A DNA stretch of 43,945 nucleotides from Candidatus Tenderia sp. (GTDB lineage Bacteria > Pseudomonadota > Gammaproteobacteria > Tenderiales > Tenderiaceae), in assembly GCA_031416075.1 (NCBI GenBank), contig JANOSY010000027.1, positions 1 through 43,945 on the forward strand, in the 5' to 3' direction. Under the pieces are notes generated by a model that had not been told where the DNA came from, did no database searches, and saw only the letters and a list, made by a program, of their open reading frames with translations. A program made the translations under genes and the position numbers. Position 1 is the first letter of the stretch, and each line of letters begins with the position of its first letter. Shown here piece by piece: positions 29,998-38,663 of this stretch.

Positions 29998-30582
29998 TTA
30001 TGGAACGATGTAGGTGTAGTCGCGATTCTGGAAATCGATAACGGCAGTTACTCCCGCTGGGACCATCTCTACACCCGGGATTAGATTGCTGCTGACCCAG
30101 CCACTACCACGCATGGTGTTTTGGCACATATAGACCTTTATGCCTTTGGCTATCAGTGCGGAGATCATGTCATCACTGGGGTTGGCAACACCGTAGGTTG
30201 CAGTATAGGCGGCATCGTTAAGCAACCAGCGGGCACCTGCACCATAGCCAACAATAATAGCTTTAAAATCTTTTCTTGACACCATGTCGTAGTTGTCGGT
30301 GTAGTCGTTATAGATGTTGTTGACGTTTAATGTTTGTTGGCTCCGCCCATTTCTTGGGTTTAAGTCGCTATTGTTCATTGCGATAACGATTTTTAAATCT
30401 TCACGTTTAGCTATGCACAAGGTTGCATCACCAGAGCCTACACCAAATAGTGCGTCTGCACTGGTGGTGACAACTTCAGGACAGGTTGAGTTTTTTAATT
30501 TCTTAAAGCTGGAGTCCGCCAGGGTGGCAGTGCTAACGCAAGCTAATAACCCGAGCATGATGATCTGTCTGTTTTTCAGCAT
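29998..30582 (-). CDS. Exported DsrE-family protein
   Basis: Signal peptide (..TATLA), IVGYGAG, LIAKGIKVYMCQNTM, LIPGVEMVPAGVTA; RBS GGAG upstream of ATG 30582. Confidence 0.85.
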   Translation of the reverse strand: MLKNRQIIMLGLLACVSTATLADSSFKKLKNSTCPEVVTTSADALFGVGSGDATLCIAKREDLKIVIAMNNSDLNPRNGRSQQTLNVNNIYNDYTDNYDMVSRKDFKAIIVGYGAGARWLLNDAAYTATYGVANPSDDMISALIAKGIKVYMCQNTMRGSGWVSSNLIPGVEMVPAGVTAVIDFQNRDYTYIVP

Positions 30583-30804
30583 AAAAGGTATCTCCATATA
30601 ATTGATGTGGGCTACATGCCGCCTATATTCCATTCCGCGAATATAAGCAAACTCTGTAAACTATAGCAGTGATTGGCTGGTTTGACAGAGTGAAAGCCCA
30701 ATAATTTTATTAACTAATCTTAATAAGCTGTCGATTTTTTTCATGATGAAGTGGTGGCCAGGGGTTGTATATGACTGTGATGTCTGAGCAGAAAATAATA
30801 TTTT

Positions 30805-32256
30805 CTATCTGATAATGTTGTTGATGAAGTGAGGGCAGAGACTGTCTTCAATGGCATCTGCTATTCGATTTATGCCCGCTTCGCGTAGTCCGTGATAATC
30901 GATCTGTTCAGCGTTTAGAAGACCTGCCCATTTTAGTAATGACTGGCAGGCGTTGGGGGACTCAAACAGTCCATGCAGGTAAGTGGCAATGATCTGTTTG
31001 TCATCAGATATCGCGCCATCATTTTGCCCATTCAGGGTAACTAACGGGGTATTAAGTGCAGGGCCGTGGCTGATGCCAGCGTGGATTTCGTAACCGTGTA
31101 TCTCAACGTTGTTCAGTAGCAGTTTGCCACTGACATTACGTAGCTGTTTCTTCTGTTGCAGTGTGGTGCTGAAGTTCAGAAGGCCAAGGCCAGGAGTGGT
31201 GCCTGCTGTGCCTTCAACACCTTCTGGGTCATGGATGGCATTGCCAAGCATCTGTAGTCCGCCACAGATACCTAGTAGCTTCCCACCGTAGCGTAGATGA
31301 CGTTGAATGGCACTTGCCCATCCCTGTTGATGTAACCAATGTAGGTCATCGCGTACATTTTTGCTGCCAGGCAGTATGATGAGGTCGGCGGTTGGAATGG
31401 TTTGATTGGGGCCGATGAACTGGATATCAACCTGAGGATGGTAACGTAGTGGGTCAAAGTCGGTATGGTTGCTGATACGAGGCACTACGGGTACGACTAT
31501 TTTCAGCTGTTTCCCATCACCGATTATTTGTTGTGACTGTATGGCATCCTCAGCATCAAGATGGAGGCCGTGTAAGTAGGGAAGAACACCAAGGACCGGC
31601 TTTTGTGTATCGTCTTCCAGCCAGTCAAGACCGGATTGGAGGAGCTTTATATCACCACGAAAGCGGTTGATGACAAATCCCTTGATCCGCTTCTGTTCTG
31701 ATGTGGATAATAGCGCCAATGTACCGTGTAGATGGGCAAAGACACCACCACGATCGATATCGGCAATGAGAATGACCGGACAATCCACGGCCTCTGCAAA
31801 CCCCATGTTGGCAATGTCGCGGTCGCGCAGATTGATCTCTGCAGGGCTGCCCGCACCTTCTACCAGGATGAGATCGTACTGTTGTTGCAGCCGGTTATAA
31901 GATTCGAGCACTGCTCTCATCGCGATGGATTTGTAGTTGTGGTACTCATTGGCCTGCATGTCATGAATGGCATGGCCGTGAATGATCACCTGTGCGCCGG
32001 TATCACTGTTAGGTTTGAGCAGCACTGGGTTCATGTCGCTGTGTGGCTGCAATCCAGCTGCCTGGGCCTGTAAGGCTTGTGCGCGACCAATCTCTCCACC
32101 ATCAATGGTGACGGCGCTGTTAAGTGCCATATTTTGGGGTTTGAAGGGGGTAACATGAATGCCACGTCGGTGAAACAGGCGGCAGAGTCCGGTGACCAGA
32201 GTGCTTTTTCCTGCATCAGATGTGCAGCCCTGAATCATGAGTGTTGGTTTGTTCAT
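30805..32256 (-). CDS. cobQ: Cobyric acid synthase
   Basis: [65 protein letters not shown]. Confidence 0.96.
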   Translation of the reverse strand: MNKPTLMIQGCTSDAGKSTLVTGLCRLFHRRGIHVTPFKPQNMALNSAVTIDGGEIGRAQALQAQAAGLQPHSDMNPVLLKPNSDTGAQVIIHGHAIHDMQANEYHNYKSIAMRAVLESYNRLQQQYDLILVEGAGSPAEINLRDRDIANMGFAEAVDCPVILIADIDRGGVFAHLHGTLALLSTSEQKRIKGFVINRFRGDIKLLQSGLDWLEDDTQKPVLGVLPYLHGLHLDAEDAIQSQQIIGDGKQLKIVVPVVPRISNHTDFDPLRYHPQVDIQFIGPNQTIPTADLIILPGSKNVRDDLHWLHQQGWASAIQRHLRYGGKLLGICGGLQMLGNAIHDPEGVEGTAGTTPGLGLLNFSTTLQQKKQLRNVSGKLLLNNVEIHGYEIHAGISHGPALNTPLVTLNGQNDGAISDDKQIIATYLHGLFESPNACQSLLKWAGLLNAEQIDYHGLREAGINRIADAIEDSLCPHFINNIIR

Positions 32257-32339
32257 GGTGCTATTTTGACATAGCAGGTGATCAAAGGGTTGTCTGCGTT
32301 ACACTTCTTAATTGAAATATGTTTAGCTGGGATTGATAC

Positions 32340-33221
32340 ATGATGTTACGAAGAGTGTTGGGTTGTATATGGTTGTTATCCTGTTCCACCACCTATGCGG
32401 AGATAGCGGTGGTTGATGATACAGGTGCTAGGGTTACATTGGTACAGCCCGCGCAACGTATTGTCAGTCTGGCACCTCACGTGACGGAGATGCTGTTTGC
32501 AGTGGGGGCGGGCAGTAAAGTGGTGGGCGCTGTTGAGTATAGTGACTACCCGGAGGCGGCAAAATCGATTCCACGTGTTGGGGGTTATAGTGGCTTTGAT
32601 TTAGAAAAGGTGGTGATGTTGAAGCCCGACCTGGTGGTGGCGTGGCACAGTGGTAATAGTACAGCCACTGTTGAAAAATTAAAAAAGATGGGGTTTAAAG
32701 TCTACTTCTCCGAGCCACGGACACTGAATGATGTGGCCACAAACCTGGAGCGGCTTAGCCTGTTAACAGGTAATTCTGTGGCTGGGCAGACGGCGGCACG
32801 CAGCTATCGCGACGAATTGGCGCGATTGCAGCGGCGCTATGAGGGCCAGTCGAAGGTCAGTGTCTTTTACCAGATCTGGAATAGCCCGCTGATGACCATC
32901 AATGGGCAACATCTGATCGGCCATGTGATCGATTTGTGTGGCGGAGAGAATGTGTTTGCCACTTTGCCAACACTGGCCCCTCAGGTTGGTCTTGAGGCGG
33001 TATTGCTCGCCAATCCAGAGGTGATTATTGCCAGTGGCATGGGTTATGAGAGACCTGCCTGGCTGGATGAGTGGCGGCGTTGGCCACAGTTGGCAGCAGT
33101 GAAGAGCAACAGTATCTACGTGATACACCCCGATATTATTAACCGCCATTCACCCCGGATCCTGAAGGGTGCGGCACAGATGTGTGAACAGTTACAGGAG
33201 GTTAGAAAGGGGCGTAAATAG
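32340..33221 (+). CDS. btuF: Periplasmic cobalamin-binding protein (BtuF-like)
   Basis: Signal peptide, RIVSLAPHVTEMLFA, YSDYPEAA, CGGENVF, R.SPR...GA..MC; divergent from cobQ. Confidence 0.85.
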   Translation: MMLRRVLGCIWLLSCSTTYAEIAVVDDTGARVTLVQPAQRIVSLAPHVTEMLFAVGAGSKVVGAVEYSDYPEAAKSIPRVGGYSGFDLEKVVMLKPDLVVAWHSGNSTATVEKLKKMGFKVYFSEPRTLNDVATNLERLSLLTGNSVAGQTAARSYRDELARLQRRYEGQSKVSVFYQIWNSPLMTINGQHLIGHVIDLCGGENVFATLPTLAPQVGLEAVLLANPEVIIASGMGYERPAWLDEWRRWPQLAAVKSNSIYVIHPDIINRHSPRILKGAAQMCEQLQEVRKGRK

Positions 33222-33284
33222 AGGTTTATAAACGGTGAGGCTGGTCGATACATGACATGTCGGTATGCATGAGGAGCGGCCACA

Positions 33285-35024
33285 ATGGCTGATAGTCGGT
33301 CAGAACAGGATAAGTGGAAGTTTAAGTATCTTGAATCTTTAGAAGATTTTGAAAAAAAAGAGGAGAACTGGCGCGAGGCGGATCAGTTGTTGCGTCATGG
33401 TCTAAGCCGTATGGCCTTAATCTCCCATGGGGTTGATGCTACCCTCGATAACCACCTGAAGAAACTTCGTAAGGCGCTACAGAATGGGGCCAATGTCGAT
33501 ATCATTAGTGAAAGTGTCGACAAAATATCCAGTTATATGAAAATATTGGATGAGCAACGTGATGTCAGCAGCAAACTTCCTGATCCGGCTGTTATTTTAT
33601 TGCGGGCGGTTGAAGCGATAAATTTCCCGCAATCAGTGTCAATGGATGTAGCTGCGTTGAAGGCGCGCTTGGTTAAGGGGAGTGCAGCGGACCATATACA
33701 GCCGCTTGTTGATGAGTTTGCGCGTCTGATTGCATTGGCCTTTTATGGAACTGAGTCTGGCACAGAGATTATGTTACCTGAAAATAAGGCCACAGAGAGA
33801 CAGAGCTGGCTGCAGCGGGTTTTTAGCAGGGATGACAAAAAAGATGATGGCCGAGGGCTGCGGGCCGGAATTAAAAACGGAGCACTTGATGCTGAACAAA
33901 CACCCTCCACTTACTCTTCAACTTCTCTAACACCACCAGCTGATATAGATTTTCAGGCCGTCATTGATGCTACCCCAGCAAATAAATCCGTTGAAGATGT
34001 CTTTCTTGAGATCCTTGAGTCATTGGGTTTGCCTGCCGATTTTAGTGAGCGTGTACAGACACTAAAAGAGCAGCTAACTAAAGGTTTGACTTTAGCTTCT
34101 GTTAAAAGCATGACAGAGAACGTGGTTGCACTTGTTGTGGATATGCGCAGTGCACTAGAGCGTGAAAAGGCTGAGCTTGAGACCTTTCTTCAACAACTGA
34201 CTCAACGTTTAACAGAATTGGAGGCGATGGTGAGTGGTGTGGATTCACATCGGCTCTCATCATTGGTGGGTGGACGACAACTGGATGAGGTGGTGAAGGC
34301 CGAAGTGAATGATATAGAAAATACGGTCCAGACCTCAACCGATCTCCATCAGATGAAGAGTGCAATTCAGGTTAGTCTTGACAAAATACGTAAACATCTT
34401 GCGGAGCAGAAGAGTCATGAGGATCTGAACCAGGAGTGTATCGACAGTGAGTTAAAAGGGTTGACCCAGAAGCTGCAAAAAATGGAGCAAGAGAGTATCC
34501 AGTTAAAAGAGCGGCTTGCCAAGGAGAGGATTGAGGCGTTGACCGATCCATTAACAGGTGCCCCCAATCGTTTGGCGTATGAGCGACGTGTGGCACAGGA
34601 GTTTGCCCGTTGGCAACGGTATAAAAATCCTTTAACCATGCTGATCTGTGATGTTGATCACTTCAAGAAGATTAATGATACGTATGGCCATAAGGCTGGG
34701 GATCGCGCCCTGATAGCGATTGTGAAGACGATTGAGTACCATCTTCGTGAGACTGATTTTATTGCCCGTGTTGGCGGTGAAGAGTTTGTCATTCTTCTTG
34801 CTGAGACGACCCAGGAGGCGGCTAAAAATGTGGCCGATAAGCTACGTAAAAGCGTGCAGTTGAGTGAGTTTGTATACCAAGGGCAGCCTGTTCCCGTTAC
34901 AATTTCAGGGGGATTTTCTGAGTTCCAACGGGGCGATACAGTCGATGCCGTTTATCAACGCGCCGATAGGGCGCTTTATCGCGCAAAGAACAGCGGGCGT
35001 AATAAATTCATGGAAGCAACGTAA
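33285..35024 (+). CDS. Cytoplasmic diguanylate cyclase (DgcP-like)
   Basis: No TM helices; long coiled coil; DPLTGAPNR, DVDHFKKINDTYGH, I-site RETD, active site GGEEF. Confidence 0.92.
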   Translation: MADSRSEQDKWKFKYLESLEDFEKKEENWREADQLLRHGLSRMALISHGVDATLDNHLKKLRKALQNGANVDIISESVDKISSYMKILDEQRDVSSKLPDPAVILLRAVEAINFPQSVSMDVAALKARLVKGSAADHIQPLVDEFARLIALAFYGTESGTEIMLPENKATERQSWLQRVFSRDDKKDDGRGLRAGIKNGALDAEQTPSTYSSTSLTPPADIDFQAVIDATPANKSVEDVFLEILESLGLPADFSERVQTLKEQLTKGLTLASVKSMTENVVALVVDMRSALEREKAELETFLQQLTQRLTELEAMVSGVDSHRLSSLVGGRQLDEVVKAEVNDIENTVQTSTDLHQMKSAIQVSLDKIRKHLAEQKSHEDLNQECIDSELKGLTQKLQKMEQESIQLKERLAKERIEALTDPLTGAPNRLAYERRVAQEFARWQRYKNPLTMLICDVDHFKKINDTYGHKAGDRALIAIVKTIEYHLRETDFIARVGGEEFVILLAETTQEAAKNVADKLRKSVQLSEFVYQGQPVPVTISGGFSEFQRGDTVDAVYQRADRALYRAKNSGRNKFMEAT

Positions 35025-35049
35025 TTTTTATTTATTAAAAATAATAGTC

Positions 35050-35085
35050 AAAAGACAACGGCACATTCATGTGCCGTTGTCTTTT
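35050..35085. terminator. Bidirectional intrinsic terminator
   Basis: Perfect 17-bp inverted repeat AAAAGACAACGGCACAT-tc-ATGTGCCGTTGTCTTTT between convergent genes. Confidence 0.88.
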
Positions 35086-35096
35086 ATGGATGTATA

Positions 35097-36812
35097 TTAC
35101 TTGACCTTGGTAGTGACTGTGGCGCTATTGTCACCCGTATAACTATCAGGTGTGGCGCTGGTGACGGTTGCAGTGTTGATAAAAGTGCCACGTACATTGG
35201 CCTTGGCTGTGATAGTTACCGTGGCACTACCGCGTAGATCACCCAGGGCACAGGTTATTGTGACTGTTCCAGAGCAGGTGCCAGCAGTGGTTTTGGCTGA
35301 TAGCAGTGACAAACCATTGGGTAAGGTGTCATTTAATGTGACATTACGTGCGTTTAATGGTCCGCTGTTTGAGATGCTCCAAGTGTAGGTGATCGTACCC
35401 CCGCGTGTCGCTGTTGTCTGGCTATTGATGGAGTAAATGCTGATGGCAGCATTGTTTTCGAAAACCGTGAAATTGATCTTTGCTGTGTTGTTGTCAGGGT
35501 TGATGTCACTGTTTGAAGAGGTGACAACAGCGCTACTATTGTAATAGGCGGTGATGCTTCCCGTAGAGAGAGGTGTAGTTGTGGTGGTAATAACTACACT
35601 TTCACCCGCAGCAAGATTGCCAAAGGTGCAGGTGATGTTGCTAGTTCCACTGCAACTCCCTTTTGTTGATATAAGTGAGGTGTTGGTAAATCCAGTGGCT
35701 GGCAAGGTTTGTATCAGGGTGGCATTGTTGGCAGTGATGTTGCCTAGATTAGTAACAATGGTTGTGTAGGTCAGAGGTAAACCTACAATGGCCGGCAATG
35801 GTGTGGCGCTTAATGATGTACTTAAATCGACTGCCGCTGCGACAGGTGTCAAGCGGAAAGGCCTAAGGTAGGTATAGTCAAAATTTGTACACGCAGCTGT
35901 CATTTGCCCCGCATTGTTAATGTCGTACGCGGCACAATTGCCCGCCCCCAGTACTGCTGCCAAATCTCTGATGACACCATTTTCCCAAATGAAGGCACGA
36001 CCATATGGGGTGTTGGGTATAAAAAATCCGCCAACAATCTGTCCGGAGTTGTGAATCCCATAGGCATAGGATCTTGAGTCTGCGGGAAATCCGAGATCGC
36101 GTATTACACCATTTTCCCATACAAAGGCGCGCCATTTTCCGGTGCTGCTTATCGAGTAACCAACAGTCTGATTAAGATCGTTAACTGCATAGGCAATACT
36201 TCCAATGTCGCCGGGCAGTGTGCCTATCTCTTGTGCAGTACCGTTTTTCCAGATAATGGCGCGATATGATTTGGTATCGGGAAAATAAGCCGCCCCTACG
36301 GCAACCGTGTTGTTGTTGAGGTCATTGGCGTAACTGTTGGTGGTGGATAATGGTGTGGGTAGGGGCGTGACAGTGCCATTGGTCCAGATTCCAAATGTTC
36401 CTGAAAATGTGCCAACCAGTTGTCCCTTTCCATTGACGGCGCTTGGAGAGCCTGCACCAAGGTCTATCGTGGCACTACCATTTGAGCTGTAAAAACGATC
36501 AAGTTCTGAATAGATAACTGTGCCATCATCGGTGATGCCTGCTGTATTGGTATTCCTGGTATCTCCGGGTGTTAAATTAAAAAGCTGACCGGTTGAGTCC
36601 CAGTACACTGACCGTAAAGAGTATTCGCCATGGCTTGAGACACCTGCCACTGCACCATAAACATTAATGTCAGAGGGGACTGTAAATCCCTGGTCACCTG
36701 CTACAGGTTCGAGGGGTTCTACTTTATATACTGCTGCTATAGCAGGCGTTATCATTCCTGATAGCAATATGGCAATACAGGCCATGCTTGAGGCGTAATG
36801 GTGGGTTTTCAT
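35097..36812 (-). CDS. Secreted protein with HAF-type repeats and two DUF11-like domains
   Basis: Signal peptide; repeats of A..IN..GQ.VG...RAF.W.NG...DLG; two Thr-rich C-terminal modules (TYT..V/I.N.G...A.N.TL...LP...D..P.NN/DN). Confidence 0.85.
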   Translation of the reverse strand: MKTHHYASSMACIAILLSGMITPAIAAVYKVEPLEPVAGDQGFTVPSDINVYGAVAGVSSHGEYSLRSVYWDSTGQLFNLTPGDTRNTNTAGITDDGTVIYSELDRFYSSNGSATIDLGAGSPSAVNGKGQLVGTFSGTFGIWTNGTVTPLPTPLSTTNSYANDLNNNTVAVGAAYFPDTKSYRAIIWKNGTAQEIGTLPGDIGSIAYAVNDLNQTVGYSISSTGKWRAFVWENGVIRDLGFPADSRSYAYGIHNSGQIVGGFFIPNTPYGRAFIWENGVIRDLAAVLGAGNCAAYDINNAGQMTAACTNFDYTYLRPFRLTPVAAAVDLSTSLSATPLPAIVGLPLTYTTIVTNLGNITANNATLIQTLPATGFTNTSLISTKGSCSGTSNITCTFGNLAAGESVVITTTTTPLSTGSITAYYNSSAVVTSSNSDINPDNNTAKINFTVFENNAAISIYSINSQTTATRGGTITYTWSISNSGPLNARNVTLNDTLPNGLSLLSAKTTAGTCSGTVTITCALGDLRGSATVTITAKANVRGTFINTATVTSATPDSYTGDNSATVTTKVK

Positions 36813-36952
36813 GGGCTCTCCTTAGACTATGATGATGGTTTTTATGCCTTGCCTAATGGGTTGGAATGGATTCCTGGGCAGTATAAATCGTAGCTATGAA
36901 TAGTCACAAAAGTATCACGCACCCTTCACAATAAAATGGCTGTTTTTATCTG

Positions 36953-37588
36953 TTATTGGGTTGTGGCCGTTCCGTTGAATACAACAGATGTGCTTTTGCA
37001 GTTTAATAAGCTGGCCGGGGTGATGGTAAGTCGCTTCCAGGGTATGCCTTTGAAATACCATAAACGCCAGAACATGAGGCTGATTGATGGGTTTTTTTTG
37101 AATAGGGTCTCAAGGCTTTCAACAGTGCCCAGTGTTGTCCCGGTTGCATCGTGTAACACTTCTTGGACAAAACGTGAGCAAAACTGCCGTTTCGAATGCA
37201 TGTTAAATCCCGTGTCATATAATATTCCTGTACGCTGTTTTGCAGCAGCGGAAATCTTCTTTTCATGATCTGATGATAGTGGCATGTTAAGTCTCTTTGC
37301 CATGATTCGGTTCCCTTTTGAGCGGGAAATGAAGCTGCTTAATGTTGTTGCCCCAGAGAGAGGGAATCTGCTTTCGGAGACAACGGGTTCGTCATCTCGA
37401 ACCCCAGTCACTATGCCAACATGGTTGGACCAACATGCAGTGGCGATGGATATTTTCTGGAATGGAAGTGCCGGTACATCGATAAAAATGATATCCCCCA
37501 CCTTCAGCTGTTGAGCGAGTGTGATCAGCTCTGTTTTTGGCAGAATAATGCCGTCATCTTTTTTGGCTGTATGGATTATGTAACTCAT
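36953..37588 (-). CDS. YebB/YiiX-family permuted papain-like (NlpC/P60) enzyme
   Basis: GDIIF, WSNHVGIV, YDTGF...RQFCS (His before Cys), FWRLWY..IPW.R.TITP. Start uncertain; the longer ORF overlaps the divergent gene. Confidence 0.85.
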   Translation of the reverse strand: MSYIIHTAKKDDGIILPKTELITLAQQLKVGDIIFIDVPALPFQKISIATACWSNHVGIVTGVRDDEPVVSESRFPLSGATTLSSFISRSKGNRIMAKRLNMPLSSDHEKKISAAAKQRTGILYDTGFNMHSKRQFCSRFVQEVLHDATGTTLGTVESLETLFKKNPSISLMFWRLWYFKGIPWKRLTITPASLLNCKSTSVVFNGTATTQ

Positions 37589-37730
37589 GTTGTCAGATCT
37601 CACGGTTTTAATGTGGGAATGAGTATTGTCCGAGCGAGGAGATAAGTAAAACAGTGTTTTTGATGTGTTTGAATAGAGCTCCATGGGTATAAAAAGGATA
37701 TACTTTGCCCTGGTTTTTTGATGGAGATGG

Positions 37731-38477
37731 GTGGTGACACAGATAACCACATTGGTTGATACGTTAAAACAGACATTAAAGATTCATCATCTTACTTATG
37801 CCGATGTTGCCAGTAGACTGGAGATGAGCGAGGCCAATGTAAAACGCATGTTCTCTTCGCGACGTTTTACGTTGGATCGGCTGGAAGAGGTGTGTCAATT
37901 GATGCAGATGGAATTAAGCGACCTTTTTCAACTCTATGATGAGTCACGTCAACGTATTACAGAGTTGACCTTGGTGCAGGAAGAGGCGCTGGTCCGTGAC
38001 GCACAACTGCTGTTTGTCGCCGTCTGTGTGCGTAACAGGCTCAGCTTTGATGAAATAGTGAACCATTATCAGATCACTCCAAGCGAGTGTATCCGGGCAC
38101 TGGCGAAGCTGGATAAACTGAAAATCATAGATCTGTTGCCGGAAAACCGGATTAAATTACGTATCGATGAGGGGTTTCGCTGGATACCCAGTGGTCCGAT
38201 TAAGAGTTTTTTTGAGAAGCAGGTTCAAGGTCAGTTTTTAAGGTCAAGATTTGAGGGTGAGCTGGAGCAAAATCTGTTTCTGTTTGGGCTGTTATCTGAT
38301 GTGTCAATACAAACAGCTATCAATAAACTCCAGGCATTGGCCCGTGAGTTCCACGATCTACACCGTCAGGACGCCTGTATGCCACTGGAAAAACGGCACA
38401 GTATCGGTTTTATGCTTGCCTTACGTCCGTGGGAAATGGAGGTGTTTCAGCCATTTCTTCCGTTGAAAAAAGAGTAG
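37731..38477 (+). CDS. XRE/Cro-type HTH transcriptional regulator
   Basis: LTYADVASRLEMSEANVKRMFS HTH, followed by a second winged-helix-like region (LAKLDKLKII) and ALRPWE. Confidence 0.85.
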   Translation: MVTQITTLVDTLKQTLKIHHLTYADVASRLEMSEANVKRMFSSRRFTLDRLEEVCQLMQMELSDLFQLYDESRQRITELTLVQEEALVRDAQLLFVAVCVRNRLSFDEIVNHYQITPSECIRALAKLDKLKIIDLLPENRIKLRIDEGFRWIPSGPIKSFFEKQVQGQFLRSRFEGELEQNLFLFGLLSDVSIQTAINKLQALAREFHDLHRQDACMPLEKRHSIGFMLALRPWEMEVFQPFLPLKKE

Positions 38478-38663
38478 TGTCAAGCCATAGGGCCGGTATT
38501 GAATAAATATGCCGTCGGTATAGCCTGGCTCTATTTGGCGTAAATCTGTTTCTGCCTGTCATGTTTTCGTTGATGATTGCCGCCATGGTGCTGACTGGTA
38601 CTGTGTAGGCTTGGCTGTATTGTGAGTCAAAAATTCAAATAAGTTGTTATTCAGGAGAGCTGT

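Noticed and set aside
32257-32339. Cobalamin riboswitch between cobQ and btuF
   Set aside because: The gap is too short and has no B12-box motifs.
38485-38540. Imperfect hairpin after the XRE regulator
   Set aside because: Many mismatches, a large loop and no U-tract; not supportable as a terminator.
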